This document shows, piece after piece, positions 12,143 through 26,770 of a DNA stretch of 64,000 bases. Position 1 is the stretch's first letter, and each line of letters opens with the position of its first letter. A model generated the notes under the pieces. The model ran no database searches. It was not told the origin of the DNA and worked only from the letters and a program-made list of their open reading frames with translations. The position numbers and the translations under genes are program-made. This stretch comes from Perna viridis (lineage: Eukaryota). Location of the stretch: contig CM074514.1 in NCBI GenBank assembly GCA_037379345.1, positions 13,392,001-13,456,000 on the forward strand, given 5' to 3'.

Positions 12143-15100
12143 AGTAAGTATAATTGGTCATTGATAATTCTTTTATAGAACATGTCATTATAGAGTCATA
12201 TTTAGCTTTAAAACGCTACATGTTCGTATTCCAACAGCGTGACATTTAATTTAAGCACCTAAACACGGACCCGAGCCTTATCATACTTTTATCTGTGTGT
12301 TGCTGCTATTTGAATGTTGTTTGCCATTTGACTCTATTTCCATAACTTTGTCTCCTTATTTTGGCTTTTTGATTTTCTATCTTCCCCTCAACTTATTTCA
12401 AAGTATTAACAATAGTTATTGACATTTTTTTCACATATTTCTTCGGTACTGTATATGGTTTTGTCAGTTAATTTTTTTTTCGATTTGACTGAAAGTTAAT
12501 AAAACTTTGCATACATATCATAAGTTCCAAATCCCCTGTTAAATATCGCAAATGTTTTACAACTGAATTCATGCTTTAAACGTGGCCGTCTATTTTTTAT
12601 TTCTGTACTAAGTACAGACGTTCTGAAATTCGTTTCATTATTTTGTACGTTCCGGGCGTATTGATTTGGGTTCTTTATTTATGTATAGGTCAAGCTACCT
12701 TTATTTATATTTTATGCAGGTTAATGGAGAAAATCAACGATAGGGTGAAAATGTATAGGGAATATGTTGTCTTGTTTCACCAACTAAAGATTTGGAGATA
12801 ATATAGTAAGCAGATATGGAGAACTTAACAAAATCACAGTGACATATCAATAAAACACAAACAAATAAAAAATGTCTTGTTTTGCTTCATGTGCTCTACT
12901 ATTGCTCACACTGGATATGACCAGCCAGTTCTCATTCAGAATTTGCGAATCTATTGCTGGTGTACTGTGATAATTTGCGTGGAGTGGCTGGTTTAAATAC
13001 AGAGTATGTGGAGGTGTGAAGGCTGTGAAAAAGCGATATCATACGAGTATATATTCAAATGTGATTATATCATTGTTTAAATACTAATAAGTATTAGTCA
13101 ATGTAAAATGTTGTTTGAGTATAAAAATTAAGTCTAAAGTTAAAAATCTGACAGTTCCTTGCATTTGTTGATATACCCTTAAAGTAGTTGTTACTAGTGT
13201 AACACGCCGTTAATGAATGATAAAAGCTGACCATAAGTGTCGGTTTTCTAATTTAAAGCAAATGCCTGGTCTCGTTGTGATCGTGACAAATAAATATTGA
13301 TGGTTTAATGAAGTAGTTAGATAATTAGGCCTATGTATGGATAGAATTCCATACTGCTCCACAAGCCAATCTGTATAATGGTGTTCATCAAATTAAACTG
13401 CTTTGACTACACTAAAGCATGAGAAACATTTCAATCAGCATATATTTTGTATTTTCAAAAGTTATGTCATTGATGTTATCATACTTTATGTAAAAATTGC
13501 ACCGAATCCATTTACAATAACAATGACTCTTACACAACATCAAGATAATATTGGTGTATGTAGTAAATACTAGGAACTGTAGTGTCTTTAACTGCAGTGG
13601 TTATATCTCCTAATTAACAGTTTAATAACGCGTCTGTAGGAGGTACTGTATCCGTATGAATTCCTTAGAGTAAAGTGAACAATCAACGATTCTAAGAATA
13701 CCAGAAATGTTGATTATCAATCGAGAACTTGAAGTTTCACATTTATCAAACTACCTAAGGATTAGTTTAACACTTTAGTGCTTGGCAATTGCTTTAAATT
13801 AACACCACAAAATTTTGTAAGCCGAGTTGTGAAATAATGTAACAGACAATTAACAATTCAAATGCATCATTCATAGTATCGAATGACCCTTTTGGCTTTA
13901 CTGCGGGGTAATCAATAAGCGCACGTGACATGTACTTCCCCATAGTAGGGCTTGGGGTAAAGCAAAATATTTTTCTTCTCAAGGAAGTTTATATTGGGCA
14001 TGCACAAACAAAACCCCGCAGTAAATTTAATATTCATGATTAATACCTGCAAACTTTACTCACCCGCAGACGTTACTTTTAAAATTTTAATTGTTCTTTT
14101 ATGGATATAATTGACAATTGAAGTAGAATGACGACTGGTATGACTAGATTTGGTAGTGGTTAATTAAGACGACAAATCTTCAAATACAAGAAAGATGTCT
14201 TCTTATCATTATTGTCTTCAAAACAAGGAACGCTGAACTGCTTCACAAGCAGGATATCATAAGTAATCAAAGTACTGCCTGCAAATCAGTTTGCATTACA
14301 ACTTCCAGGAACAATGCAAATTATTAGTATATGTTAACTAATGGTCTTAATATACTAGTTGTGTTATTCGGACAATATAAATGGTTTTCAGTGGGGAAAA
14401 GATAAATGAACGCTAGCCAAGCTCCATATTTTTATTGTATCACCACATTTTATGATTTATGATATTCATATAATTGTTTTCTTGCGCCATGTTTACAATT
14501 TCTAGACAACATTAACAACTTTTTTCACATTTCGTGTATTTAAGAGAAATCTTAACCAAATTAATAACATAAATGCTTGGTTCACGCGTGCTGCACATCG
14601 ATTGTATTACTAGAATCAAATTCTCAACAAATGAATACAGCTCGTGACATCCCCTCTGATCATTGGGCTACAGAAAGGGTTCAAGAATTCACATGTAAAT
14701 AACATCCAATTCGCATTTACAACAGATTATGCTGTTTTCTTGTGAATTTCAATGAAAATTTGCTATCATTTATGCAAACTGGAATCGGATCATTTGATAT
14801 GAATTGTGAGGACAGACGCATCGCATTTGATCCGCAATGATTTGCGTTTTATGTACATATGGATGGGGCCTAAACGAAAACATTTGCTCTCGATCTATTT
14901 ACTCAATGACACTGTTGAATACATCGTGGCAACCTACTTTGGTCTTGTTTTGATTCCACATCGTATGAATGTGGGTGGCTTCGTTATTTTTTTCCCGAAT
15001 AAATTACAAAATAACACGCTGATCGTTTGTTTTTCTCAATATATGTGCAAGCGTAGATTACAAGATTGGAGATCGAAAATGAGTAAAAAGCTAAAAGTGG

Positions 15101-17030
15101 ACGTTTAAATTCGATCTTATAATGGACCTTGTCTGTGATGGCAAAATCTGATAGCGGGACAATAAATTATTCAATATGATATCAAACAATAATTGATAGC
15201 TCATTGCAGCTCGTTTCTCACTGGTTTTAACAGCTTTATTTTAATTAATAGGAAACAGAGAGATTATACATCTCTATAGTGACACAAACATATTGATTAC
15301 ATAACAGAATAATTTCCACCAATCTAATTAGAATTCATTTGTTTTGTATTCGGTTTTATGTAACTTTGATAACTTTAAAAGGTATCATATTTACACTGCA
15401 AATAGCTTAAAGTTTCGTAAGTTTTCCAAATCCATAGTTTAAACTCGGATCAGGGGAGATTGTATTTGGAAACCAATTGTTCCAATATTTGATGAAAAGT
15501 CCCAACGTTGAAATTTTGATTGCTGTTTGTTCAAGTCTTGTTTCATTTTTGTTGCAACGATGTGTAGCATTATATTCGTATAAAAGGCGTATTTTTTTTA
15601 TTTTTTTTTTTTGGGGGGGGGGGTTGATATTTAGTCCAGAATAGTGTATGATCTCGTTATTTGTAAATAAATTTCGACATATGTTAAACTTCCAACAGTT
15701 TCATTTTCAGGCTTTCCAGTCGTGAGATGGTAAAACATCTGCGCATATTTTCACTATTAATCTTTTAACTCTGTTTCAAACTTTGCAGTGGTCTACATTT
15801 ATAATGGGGAAGTGCAAAATACTTGTTATATAGTTAGTTATAAAGCAAACAACGAGTAGTCACATTCAGTCGGATTTTCAAGAGAAAAATGAAAGTAACA
15901 TTTTTTTTCTTATTAGTACAATCAAGTTGTTCTTGTGGTTATTCAACTATAGAAACTTAGTAAACTTGAAAACCTTTGTAAGTTACGTGTAAAATAAACT
16001 ATTAGGCTGAATTATGTTTAATTCAGTATAAATGACTTTTGTTGATTTCATTTAAATGAAGTAAATGAAGGGACACCCGAAATGTAAAAATAAAAATAGT
16101 TTAAAAATGATCGACTATACCAGGAACGAACACGATTAATTTCGAAAAGAGAGTTTCCAAAACTTCAGGAAACAGTTTAAGACTTTTTGCTTATTCATTT
16201 AAACAGTATTTCACACCTTAGTGGATTTAGATTTTCCACTATATAGGAGAACAATTAATATGTTCTGGATTATGAGCTTACAGTCATGATTTATTAATAA
16301 ACTCTGAAACTAAGAGTGTAATGGTCTAGCTGTGTCGACATGGACTCACTAACCGTATTACAGTTATGGCTCATTATACAGAATAAAAAGGCGGTAAACG
16401 TTGAAAACAAGACGTACATGTACCAGGCCGAAATAAGAAAAAAACATTTAAAGTGTCGATTAATTGCAATTAACGATACCAAAAGCCACCGAAAAAGATT
16501 TAAAATGTATTTTTACCTTGTAATTAAACATTGTAGAGTTTGTATTTCAACTGACCAACATTTGCCTTCCGTATCAAATCAATATTAAACAGATACAAAT
16601 ATTCCATTGTTTTCCTATCACTGAAGACTAGCTGTTAAGGTGTTTTATCAATTATGATGACGTCATGAAATCGTTAAGAAAGATACCTCTAACAAAATCA
16701 CAAAAATAGATCCTGTTTTACAGATCACTGTCATGGCGATTCGTGTTTCAGCTTTAGAAAGGGACATTTAAAGAAATAGAAGCCATATGTCACCAATGTG
16801 ACGAAAATACCATAGACAGTGGCTGGATATGGGCAGTTGTTTTCCCCAAGCTTGTGGTCTTGTGTTCCATGGAAATGTTAATTTAGCTTTTAATTTAACG
16901 GAAAGCTTTGCAAATCCGTACGTTCAAACCAGGAAGTTTTTTTTCTCTTTAAATATTCTATCATTTCCTACAGTAACAATGTATCATTTTCGGGGTGTAT
17001 ATTATCTATTCTGTCTGAAACAATATATAT

Positions 17031-17235
17031 CAGACTGAGTGGACCGGATCAAATTTCCCGTGGGAAAATACGTTTTCATTATGAAGAACCTGATAACTTA
17101 AGAAATAACATAGCAGACTGAATGTATCGTAGAAATGATGGACAAAATGGCTTCAAAGCAGAAAAATATAGCAGACTGAATGGACAAAATAGTTTTACAG
17201 TAGAAACAAAAGAGCAGACTGAATGGACAATAATT
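17031..17235 (+). repeat. Degenerate minisatellite (gcagactgaatggacaaaat)
   Basis: Motif at ~17031, 17113, 17171 and 17213. Confidence 0.6.
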
Positions 17236-17647
17236 TCCTGCTAGTAGATCAATAACGTCTTAAGAAAATATAACTTTCTAGTAAGAATGATAAAAGTACT
17301 TAGATCTTTCTGTTAGACAATGAATTCACTATACAATAAATCCCAATGGAAAAACGAGATGTTTTGGGGATGTTATGCAACATTTTAGACAACGAAAACA
17401 ACCTACCATCTTGTAACTTCTTGTTTCTGGTGTTTATTTACTTGTGCATAAGAAATGCAGCAAACTAACGGGCTTCAAGTAATTTCAGTAATTTTGTATA
17501 ATTTTATCACTGAGGTCCCAACTGTCTTAAGAAAACTCCTTAAAGTTCCATAATGCATCCTTTCCTGAACTTACGTCTACAAACCATTTTATATAAAAAA
17601 AATACAATATTTTTCACGGGATGACAGACCATTTTATAGCGTATACA

Positions 17648-17690
<43 letters not shown>

Positions 17691-17977
17691 AACTCTGTTA
17701 ACCGAACCCAAATATCTTTCCTAGTATATATCGGCTTTACATACTTTAAAAGTTATTAGGGTTCGACTTTGAAGTTTTCATTTTCTAAAGAATTGAACGC
17801 AATATATACGGACTAGCATTTCATAGTACCAGGGATATAAAACGATGAAATATAGCAATTATGAAATTATGGATCTGATATTAATTGAAACAAGTGTAAA
17901 ATCTGAAAACTTTCTTATGGAGTAATTCTTGAAGAAATAAAATATTTAAATAATATAACACAAGATATTTTACATAC

Positions 17978-18031
17978 CTAATTTTTATTCCACCTATTTC
18001 TTAAGCCACAGCACATGTGTCGATTTCAGTC
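17978..18031 (-). other. Candidate non-coding 5'UTR exon of gene B
   Basis: gtttcag acceptor and TAG|GTATGT donor 54 nt apart. Gene B's ATG exon has an acceptor, so an upstream exon must exist, but nothing else supports this particular one. Confidence 0.3.
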
Positions 18032-20909
18032 CTGAAACAAATTCAATAATCCACATTTTAAAAACTTTCAAAATGTCCCGATCAAATAGTGCTGTTTTAT
18101 ATTTAAAATTGATTGCCGGTTTTCTGTGTTTCTAAATAATTAAAATGAATTAATAAATGTCTGTTTGCAGGCTAAATCACAGAGTATATATAAATATCTC
18201 AGTCAGAAACCAATAAACCAATACGTTGTGCTATTGAGCTCTTGTTGAGAAAATCACCTTGATCGATGCCGTGTCATACTGTTGACGATTTTTTCTGGGA
18301 TTTAGATCACGGTCTTGAGAATGCGAATAAGCAGAATTAAATGTCCGATACTGGGTGAACAGAAGAAGTGTCACAAACACAATTGTGGTGTTTTATTCAG
18401 CATGACCAACATGTTAATGTGGAGTTTTATATCAATTTTAAATTATCAGTCGTCATTAGGAGCATTTGGGCAGCTTATTGCGTTTGAAATTTCTTGAATG
18501 TTTTAATTGTGTGTGTTTAGCAGATATGTACTTTGGGTCTAGTATTTCCATAAAATACCAGATATACCATCTTTCGCCCAGTCGTACTCATTCAAACTGA
18601 GATGAGTATTCCACTGGGGTTATAAATTAAATCACAGGTCTAAAGTATTTTACTTGGGATATAGTCAGAATTTATAGCCATTGAAAAAAACTATATTTTA
18701 CAGTTTTACTGCTTTCTGCATATTTACACGAACTGTGTATAAGTGGAAAGTAATTAATTGCATATTTCACAAAAGAAAATCCTAAATCTAATTTGTCACT
18801 GCAACAGACTATTTTTCACAATGTCATGAAGGATATTTGTAGACAATACCAATTGAAGTTCAACCATGAATCTAAACACATCAACATTTTTGGGTATCAA
18901 AACGTGTCTTCATTACATGAATTACTGTAACGGGTAATTATGATTTATAGGAAACGGATGATCACGGATTATGAATTATATATTTCTTGGATTTATAGTT
19001 ATGAAAAATTAATCAATTACATTAAGAACATTGTCACCTTTAATATTAACAAGAAGAGCAAATAGGTGTTCCCTAAATATGGACCAAGTTTACAGGAGGC
19101 CCGGTTTCATATGACTGACTATAGTACTACCGTATAGGGTACAGATGGAGCAAATGAAAATGGTAATATTCCTTGTGGCAATACTCCAAATAAACAATAA
19201 TGGTGATAATTGTTTTTAAAAACTTAAAAGTGTCGTAAATATATGCAAGTAAATTTTGAATCTGCAAGAGTGTTAATGTGTGTAATTCTTTGTTGCTGTC
19301 CCCTAAAAATTAAATAGAAAGCCAAATTTTTGTCTTAATCATTTTGCAGCATATATAAATCATTTCTCAAAAAGTTCAAGGGTTTGGGTATATCGTGTGG
19401 ACATGATATAACATGTTGTCGATGAACATTTCGTATACCGTGATGTTACATTCTACGGATGGATACGTTTACGTGAAACATATTGATAAACCCAGCAATT
19501 AGAGCTTTTAAGTTTTTATACTTGATAAATATATGATATTGATTAACTATCTCATCATAAAGTTCCATTTCGGTCTTTTTGTGTCATGGCTTTGGAAAGG
19601 GCGCTATAATTGATTCTGTTTTTTCCCTTGCATTATTTATGCTTGCTTTAACGATAGTTCCCATGACGAGAATGACAACGACATGGTTGACTGGAGATTA
19701 AGATGGATACCCCAATGACAAACAACAAAGCAAACTACGCAGTTAAATTGGTAAAGAAACTAGGAATCAAGTGTAGTTGTATATACAGACAAGTACATCT
19801 TATCTGCATAGCAAGCCAGTTAATTTGTGCTAAATGCGTAATTTTAAAATTTATGAAACAAGTTTCGAGTATTAACCTTTTGGAAGTCGAAGAAATTTTG
19901 TAATATTTTGCTCAGTAAATATACTATTGTCAAAGTTTTTTTTAATGTAATATAACGTCGCTGAATGCACAAGTCTTGAGGTTACAGACCATCAACTGCA
20001 CCATCAATTTGGAACGTACGCAAAAAAGTCCTACGCCAAGGTACAAAGTAGTCCCTTTAGCATGCCATAATTAAAAGAGTTGACAATATTTTTAAATGAA
20101 TGAACTTTTTTTCATAAAGGGAATTTTATTCTGATAATTTTGAGCCCAAAGTATGCTGCCTCAAACTTTAATAAACTAATTGGTGGAACCATAAATAAAG
20201 ATGGTCTAAATAAAGAATTTTTAGGATTCCCCAGTCTATTTTTAGGGTAGACGAGTTCCGAGTTTCAATGATGCACTGCAAGGTAGTAAAGCCCTTGTGA
20301 AATTTTAAGTGACATAGCAGTACATGTGTATGTTTTATGTGATATATGGTTTTGGTTAGGTTAAACTTAAGGTAAACTACTGAGGATACCCTGAAAATGA
20401 GCAAATTAACATTGAGACTAATGGGAATCAGAATTAGTGGTTTGTAGCCTGGACTTGTCCGAAATTTCCGATGTAGAACGTATTAACATCCGAAGTCCAT
20501 TTAGCATTTTATTGTTTACTTCCGGGAAATCGAAACGCTGCATTACAACGCAAAATCTTCTATTTTATGCTTTTCTTTGCATTTTTAACCTGTATACGAT
20601 TTTTCATCAGTATTTTTACACAAAAAAGGTACTTCGCTTCTAATATTGAACTCAACGCTATGTTAATGACAAATCTCGATGCATTTGAATGGTGGATGAG
20701 GGCCCATTTTTATGAAACCACGGACTTACGTGACGAGCTTTAAATATCCTTAAATGTCGTTCGTGCGCTTACGCTGATCCGCGCCGTTCCCGACCAGTCG
20801 TGTTTGTCGCCGCTCCCGTAATGTTGGGTTCGTTCGTAATTAAGCTTTGTTTGCACTGTGTACTTTTTCATTTTATTATTTAATTTGTAGCTTTTAGACT
20901 AAGTTCATA

Positions 20910-21413
20910 NNNNNNNNNNNNNNNNNNNNNNNNNNNNNNNNNNNNNNNNNNNNNNNNNNNNNNNNNNNNNNNNNNNNNNNNNNNNNNNNNNNNNNNNNNN
21001 NNNNNNNNNNNNNNNNNNNNNNNNNNNNNNNNNNNNNNNNNNNNNNNNNNNNNNNNNNNNNNNNNNNNNNNNNNNNNNNNNNNNNNNNNNNNNNNNNNNN
21101 NNNNNNNNNNNNNNNNNNNNNNNNNNNNNNNNNNNNNNNNNNNNNNNNNNNNNNNNNNNNNNNNNNNNNNNNNNNNNNNNNNNNNNNNNNNNNNNNNNNN
21201 NNNNNNNNNNNNNNNNNNNNNNNNNNNNNNNNNNNNNNNNNNNNNNNNNNNNNNNNNNNNNNNNNNNNNNNNNNNNNNNNNNNNNNNNNNNNNNNNNNNN
21301 NNNNNNNNNNNNNNNNNNNNNNNNNNNNNNNNNNNNNNNNNNNNNNNNNNNNNNNNNNNNNNNNNNNNNNNNNNNNNNNNNNNNNNNNNNNNNNNNNNNN
21401 NNNNNNNNNNNNN
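20910..21413. other. Assembly gap (504 N)
   Basis: Run of N. Confidence 1.
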
Positions 21414-21943
21414 GTTTTAACATTTGTTCTAATTTTTTCTTCAAACTTAAAATAAATATCCGCCGTAATCTCATTTATTTTGATTGACATTTTTTTTTCT
21501 TTCAAAACAGGAGGTTTCATCAAATCTTTATTAATTCATTATTAATTATGGCTAGCCTTACAAGAAAAGGCAGAAGCCCAACAGGCACTTCACCAGAAAT
21601 GCCTATCAAGAAGGCTAATTTTAATGGCCACAAATAAAAAAGTTAGAACTTCTTCCCAAGGGAAGAAGCAATAGTTCTTTGCTCAAAGGCTAAGAAATTT
21701 ATTACCTTGACAGTACAAACTTTGCACTACCTCCTTGTTTTTGGCTCTGTGAGATATAAACAAAGAGGCTATATCCATCAAGCCTTGCAAAAAGAGTTTC
21801 TTGCTACATGTGCCTTCAAAAACTATAAGATCAAAACTCTTATCTTTAAATAAATTAGGTTCATTTACGGTAAACTTTTCCAAATATGATAAGCGTCATA
21901 AAAATTTAGTTCAAACTCGCACCACACTCACAGGTGATAAGAT

Positions 21944-24247
21944 GAATGTAGGAAAAAAAGTCACTGGAAAAAAAGTCACGGATAAAAATTCACAGGAAAA
22001 AAGTCTCGGATAAAAATTCACAGGAAAAAAGTCACGGATAAAAAGTCACAATACATGAAAAGAAGTATTATATTCAAATCTGAATTATCATCTTAATACT
22101 TCTGTTTTTTAATTTTATTAAATCTATGACATATTTGTTCACCTTTTTTTTTTCATGGGTATACCTTTTCAAGATACTTTATTTAATAGGAAAGAAATAT
22201 GTTAACTGTCAACTTTTATTATTAATTGTCAAACTCATATAATCATATCACATGTATTGTATCTGTATGTTCATTTGTTTGTATATGCTTTGGATTATTG
22301 TAACCCCTCGATAAACTGATTGTTTAAAGACAATAAAAACATGACAAATAAACTAACAATTAATCATTTCTGTTTGAAATGAAGCCATTTCACTGTAACA
22401 GTTATTTTAACAATTTACAAGCACCCAGATAAACTGTATGAAGCCAGATCTGTCAATTAGAATATGACAACACATCCTACCATATTGTGTATGCTTGACA
22501 TGTTTATTCAAATTTGTTTGTTTGACAATTATTTCATGTCCATTGCATATTGTTTTGAAAGGGAAATCCAGACAAATTGGCTACAAATGTAACTTTCAAG
22601 AAGCCCCACTTTAATTGGGACATTATTACGGCATCCTCTATGGCTTCCATCATTTTTGCATATAATGTAGAGCAGATTTCAAATGTCATCACAACCAAAA
22701 TGGAAATCATCACAAGCAACAAAGGCGGTTTGAAGCTTTGCTACCAAGGCTTCATGTACACCAAACATGCTACCAGAAACCAATGGTGGAAGTGTGTTAA
22801 AAGATCAAGCACCGGCTGCAGAGGGTCCATCAGCACAACACTTCAGAATGAAAATCCAGTTCCTCCCCAGCCACACAACCACGCTCCCAATGACACCAGC
22901 ATAAAGTACTCCAAAGCAAGAAACACCATGAAAGATCAAGCCAGCAACACCAAAGACAAGTCTAGCCAGATATTTGCCCAAGTTGTTGCTCAGTGTGAAG
23001 ACAACGTCCCAGCCCTGATGCCAAGAAAAAAGAACTGTAAGAGAACCATACGGTACCAACGGCCAGCATCTCCAGTTCCAGACACACTAGCAGATGTCAG
23101 TTTGCCAGGTGACTTCAAGGAAACATCAAACCAAGCTGACTTTCTACAGTATGACAGCGGCCCAGAGTCACAGAACAGTATCTTAGTCTTCTTCTCACCA
23201 GACAGCCTAGAAAGATTAGTAGATGCCGAGACATTCTACATGAATGGAACCTTTTCTGTGGCTCCCCGTCCATTCAATCAGGATCCCATTTAAAGACGTA
23301 TCCATGACAGCAGTCTACGCCTTCCTACCAAACAAGCACCAGGAGACATATACAGAACTCTTCCAGGCCATCGTTGACAAATGTAACAACAGAAACCTTC
23401 AACTCCACATCCAAACCATAGTCACCGACTTTGAAGACGCCGTTCTACGTGCTGTTGCAGCTGTATATGGCCGTAAGATTAATCACCAAGGATGCTTCTA
23501 GCCACACGGAGGAAGATACAGCACTTTGGTTTGGTCCCACTCTACAACACAGACAATGACTTCAGACTCTTTTGTGGTATGATAGATGGCCTTGCCTTCC
23601 TGATGCAAGAAAGAAGAATAAACTGTACGAACCATGATCCACCAGGAAGCCATCGGCAACCCACCAGTAAGGAGACTCCAGCATCGCTACGTCCAACTGC
23701 AACAACGTTTACAGAACCTCTGCACTTACCTTACCACTGGACAGAAGACTATCCAGCAGTTTCTCCAGGGTGTGGGATTCAACATCAGACTAAACCACAG
23801 ACGTTAAGACTTTCTACCAAATGAACAATCAAAATCTATGTGTTGAGTTGAACATTCAAGTTTATGTTAATAAGTTGAACAATATCCATGTTACATGTGA
23901 TGAACATTGTGATAATTAATCTGTGTCATTTATTTATTCTTTGTTGTTATGTCTTGTGATACTTGCATTGTTATTATTTATTGTAATTTATTAAATGTAC
24001 AAAAATCAGTTGGTCTCTTTACTTATTATCGTTATAAAGTTTGGAAATAAAACAATACAATTTATGCTGAATTAAACATTAAAACATGCCAGAAAATATG
24101 TCAAATATGTCACAACAAATCAGTGTTATATCCACATTTTATACCAGAAGTAAATCTATGTTCACAGCAAAAGTTTCGAGTAAATCATACCAAGTCAGAG
24201 TACTAATATTATTGTGACTTTATTTTCTAACTTTTTTTCCGTTTACC
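21944..24247 (+). mobile_element. MULE/Mutator DNA transposon 1 (FLYWCH + MULE transposase pseudogene)
   Basis: Ends GAATGTAGGAAAAAAAGTCAC ... CTTTTTTTCCGTTTACC with subterminal aaaaagtcac repeats. FLYWCH-like GGLKLCYQGFMY..WWKC..C...HNH; NGTF, TDFE, QGCF* with frameshifts. Imperfect TSD gataagat / gataaaact. Confidence 0.88.
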
Positions 24248-24841
24248 GATAAAACTCTCCTAAAAGAATAATTAAAGTCATTTGGAATCCCATCCAGGTA
24301 CAATTTTTTAACAAAAAGACAATTAAACTTAAAATGGGCGGTAATTCAAACTTTATTTTGTCTAGTCTGGATTACAAGCACAAGGATTTATCCACTATAA
24401 CATTAGGACACTTTCAAGATTACACGCTTAGCCGTTATAAACCTAATCAAAACTCTGTACTTCTTGTGCTAAGTTGTGACATTTTGAAAAGGAATGCAAC
24501 AAGACCAGCCTTACTTGAATTAAATGTGCAGGAAAACATACAACATCTAAATGCACTAGTCAAATAATAAAATGCAACAACTGTAATGGCAACCATCAAG
24601 CCATAGATAAAAAATACCAAGTTTATCAACACCACAAACTGGTTTTACAATACATGTATGTTGATTATTTAAATTTTGACCAGGAAGTCAAAAAGGCTCA
24701 ATCTAAAAGTCAACCTGAAAACAACACCGAAGCCATAAAACCCACCACAGATGACACCACAGGAAGACTACTTCCTATATCACCGGAAATAGTGGTAATT
24801 AATGACAATAAAAACCAATCTTATGCCGAGGCTGTAAAAAC

Positions 24842-26770
24842 GGTAAAGGACGGAAAGTCACAGGACAAAAAGTCATAATTTCGGTAGGACAAAAAGTCAC
24901 AGGACAAAGTCACAAATCATGAATAGGACAAAAAGTCACAATTTTAGTAGGACAAAAAGTCACAATACTTTATATAGCACCATAGACATTTTATACAAAA
25001 CAATAAACAAACAACAATATAAGCACAGAAAGTCAATAAATAAAAAGTTTTGCAATGTTTTCTTTAAACACACGATATCACTTTGAGCATTTTGTTTAAA
25101 CACATGAGTTCATTTTCACTATTGTCACTGTTTTAGCAAACACTGTTGAAAGTCTATTTAGTTAGAAACGTCTATCTCTGCAGCTGTAGTACGTCTACCC
25201 AGGCAAATGTTGAAGGCGACACCATTCAGGAATTCTGGAACTGTCTTTCTGCCTGATACACGGTCTTGGCACAGATTCTGGAGTCGTTTCTGGAGATGAA
25301 CTATCTTCTGCGGAACTCTCTTTGCTGGCTGTGTACCGATTGCGTCTTGGAGAACGATCGTTGTTACAGTAGACTGCTCACGCTGAAACCACTTGAGGAC
25401 GGTCCAAATACTAGAATGAGACGTACCAACCAGTGTGTAGAACTTGTTATTCCAACCTTCGCAGACGTTGTTGGTTCTTGGGTTGCATTCCATAGTGGCT
25501 TTGTGGACACTCCAAACAGCAAGCTGGAACATAGGCGGTGTACGGCGCATCATCAGCTGAGGTTGTTGGTCTGCGTTTAGTTGCTGTACTGGACGGTAGG
25601 TTCCACTAACGTAGGTTGCGTCAAAGTAGTCGACTAAGTCTGCTGTCTCTGCTGGCTCTTCTGGTGTGAGGCGTCGGATGTAGGCATTACCCTTTGGTAA
25701 GTCTTCTATTGGAAGGAAGGCTAAGGCATCTAAGGTGTTGCAGAAGTGGCGGAACACTGGATCACTCATGTAGTGGGTAGATAGTCTGAATTTCTGTATC
25801 TTACGCCAGGTTGCCTGTGTCAGGTGGTAGAAACAGCCTTGGTGCTCAACTTGACGACCGAATACTGCTGAAGTTGCTCTGAGTAGACCATCTTCAAAGT
25901 CGGTTACCACTTTGGTGATGTTGATCTGTAGACCCATGTTGTTGCACTTGTCGATGATTGCTTGGAAGTGTTCTTCATATGCTTGGCGTGACTTCTTCTG
26001 TAGTAGGCTGTAGACAACGGTGATGAAGGTGTTGCCGAATGGTATTCTAATGGTGAAGATCTGCTTAAATAACGGTGGTGCTGTGTCGAAGGTACCATCC
26101 ATGTATAGTGTGTCTGCTGCTGCTAGATGTCTAAGGTTGTCATCTGTTGCAAAGGCAATTATTCTGGTTCTGGCTTCTGGACCATTGTCGTGGAGGAGGA
26201 AAGTCTGCGGGTTAGGAGGTAGTCTGCGATAAGATTGTTGTTTTAATTAGTACATGCAGGTCTGTCCAGATGTTCATGCATTTCCTTGGAAGCCATACAT
26301 CTTTAAAACCACACATTGATTGGTCAAACAAAACTCACAACTTTCACTATGCACCCTCCTATCAAGCCATACAGATTTTGTAGCACATTCATTGGTCATA
26401 AAAAAACTACTGAAAATTTCACTTCTACAAATGTATATCCAACAAAAAAGAAAAAAAATAATACTTCAAAACAATCTTAATGCCTTTTTCATAAAAAATT
26501 AAATATTTGCCTGTAAACTTTAGCAAAACTCTTATTATTTTACCATAATTGAAAAAAAAACTATTTGAAAAAAAAATACAAAACTAAAAATTAATCCCCC
26601 AAAAAATTAAAAAAATATATTTCTATTTCATATTTGCCTTAAAAATTATCAACATTTTATGATTTGTGACTTTTTGTCCTCAATTTCCACTGTGACTTTT
26701 TATCCTGTGACTTTTCGTCCGTGACTTTTTGTCCGTGACTTTTTGTCCTGTGACTTTCCGTCCTACACTC
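24842..26770 (-). mobile_element. MULE/Mutator DNA transposon 2, internally deleted, perfect 9-bp TSD
   Basis: TGTAAAAAC at 24833-24841 and 26771-26779; TIR core AGGACGGAAAGTCACAGGAC; subterminal ggacaaaaagtcac repeats. Confidence 0.93.
25158..26102 (-). pseudogene. MULE transposase catalytic domain (314-aa open frame, N-terminus missing)
   Basis: DGTF, TDFE, GCFYH and RTNNVCEGWN give a complete D-D-E triad plus CxxH; no FLYWCH domain upstream. Confidence 0.85.

Noticed and set aside
20894-21523. 209-aa and 189-aa ORFs
   Set aside because: Artefacts of translating through the N gap
21950-22050. Regular short repeats (also 24850-24965 and 26665-26760) as a CRISPR-like array
   Set aside because: They are MULE subterminal repeats: no unique spacers, eukaryotic context, no cas genes
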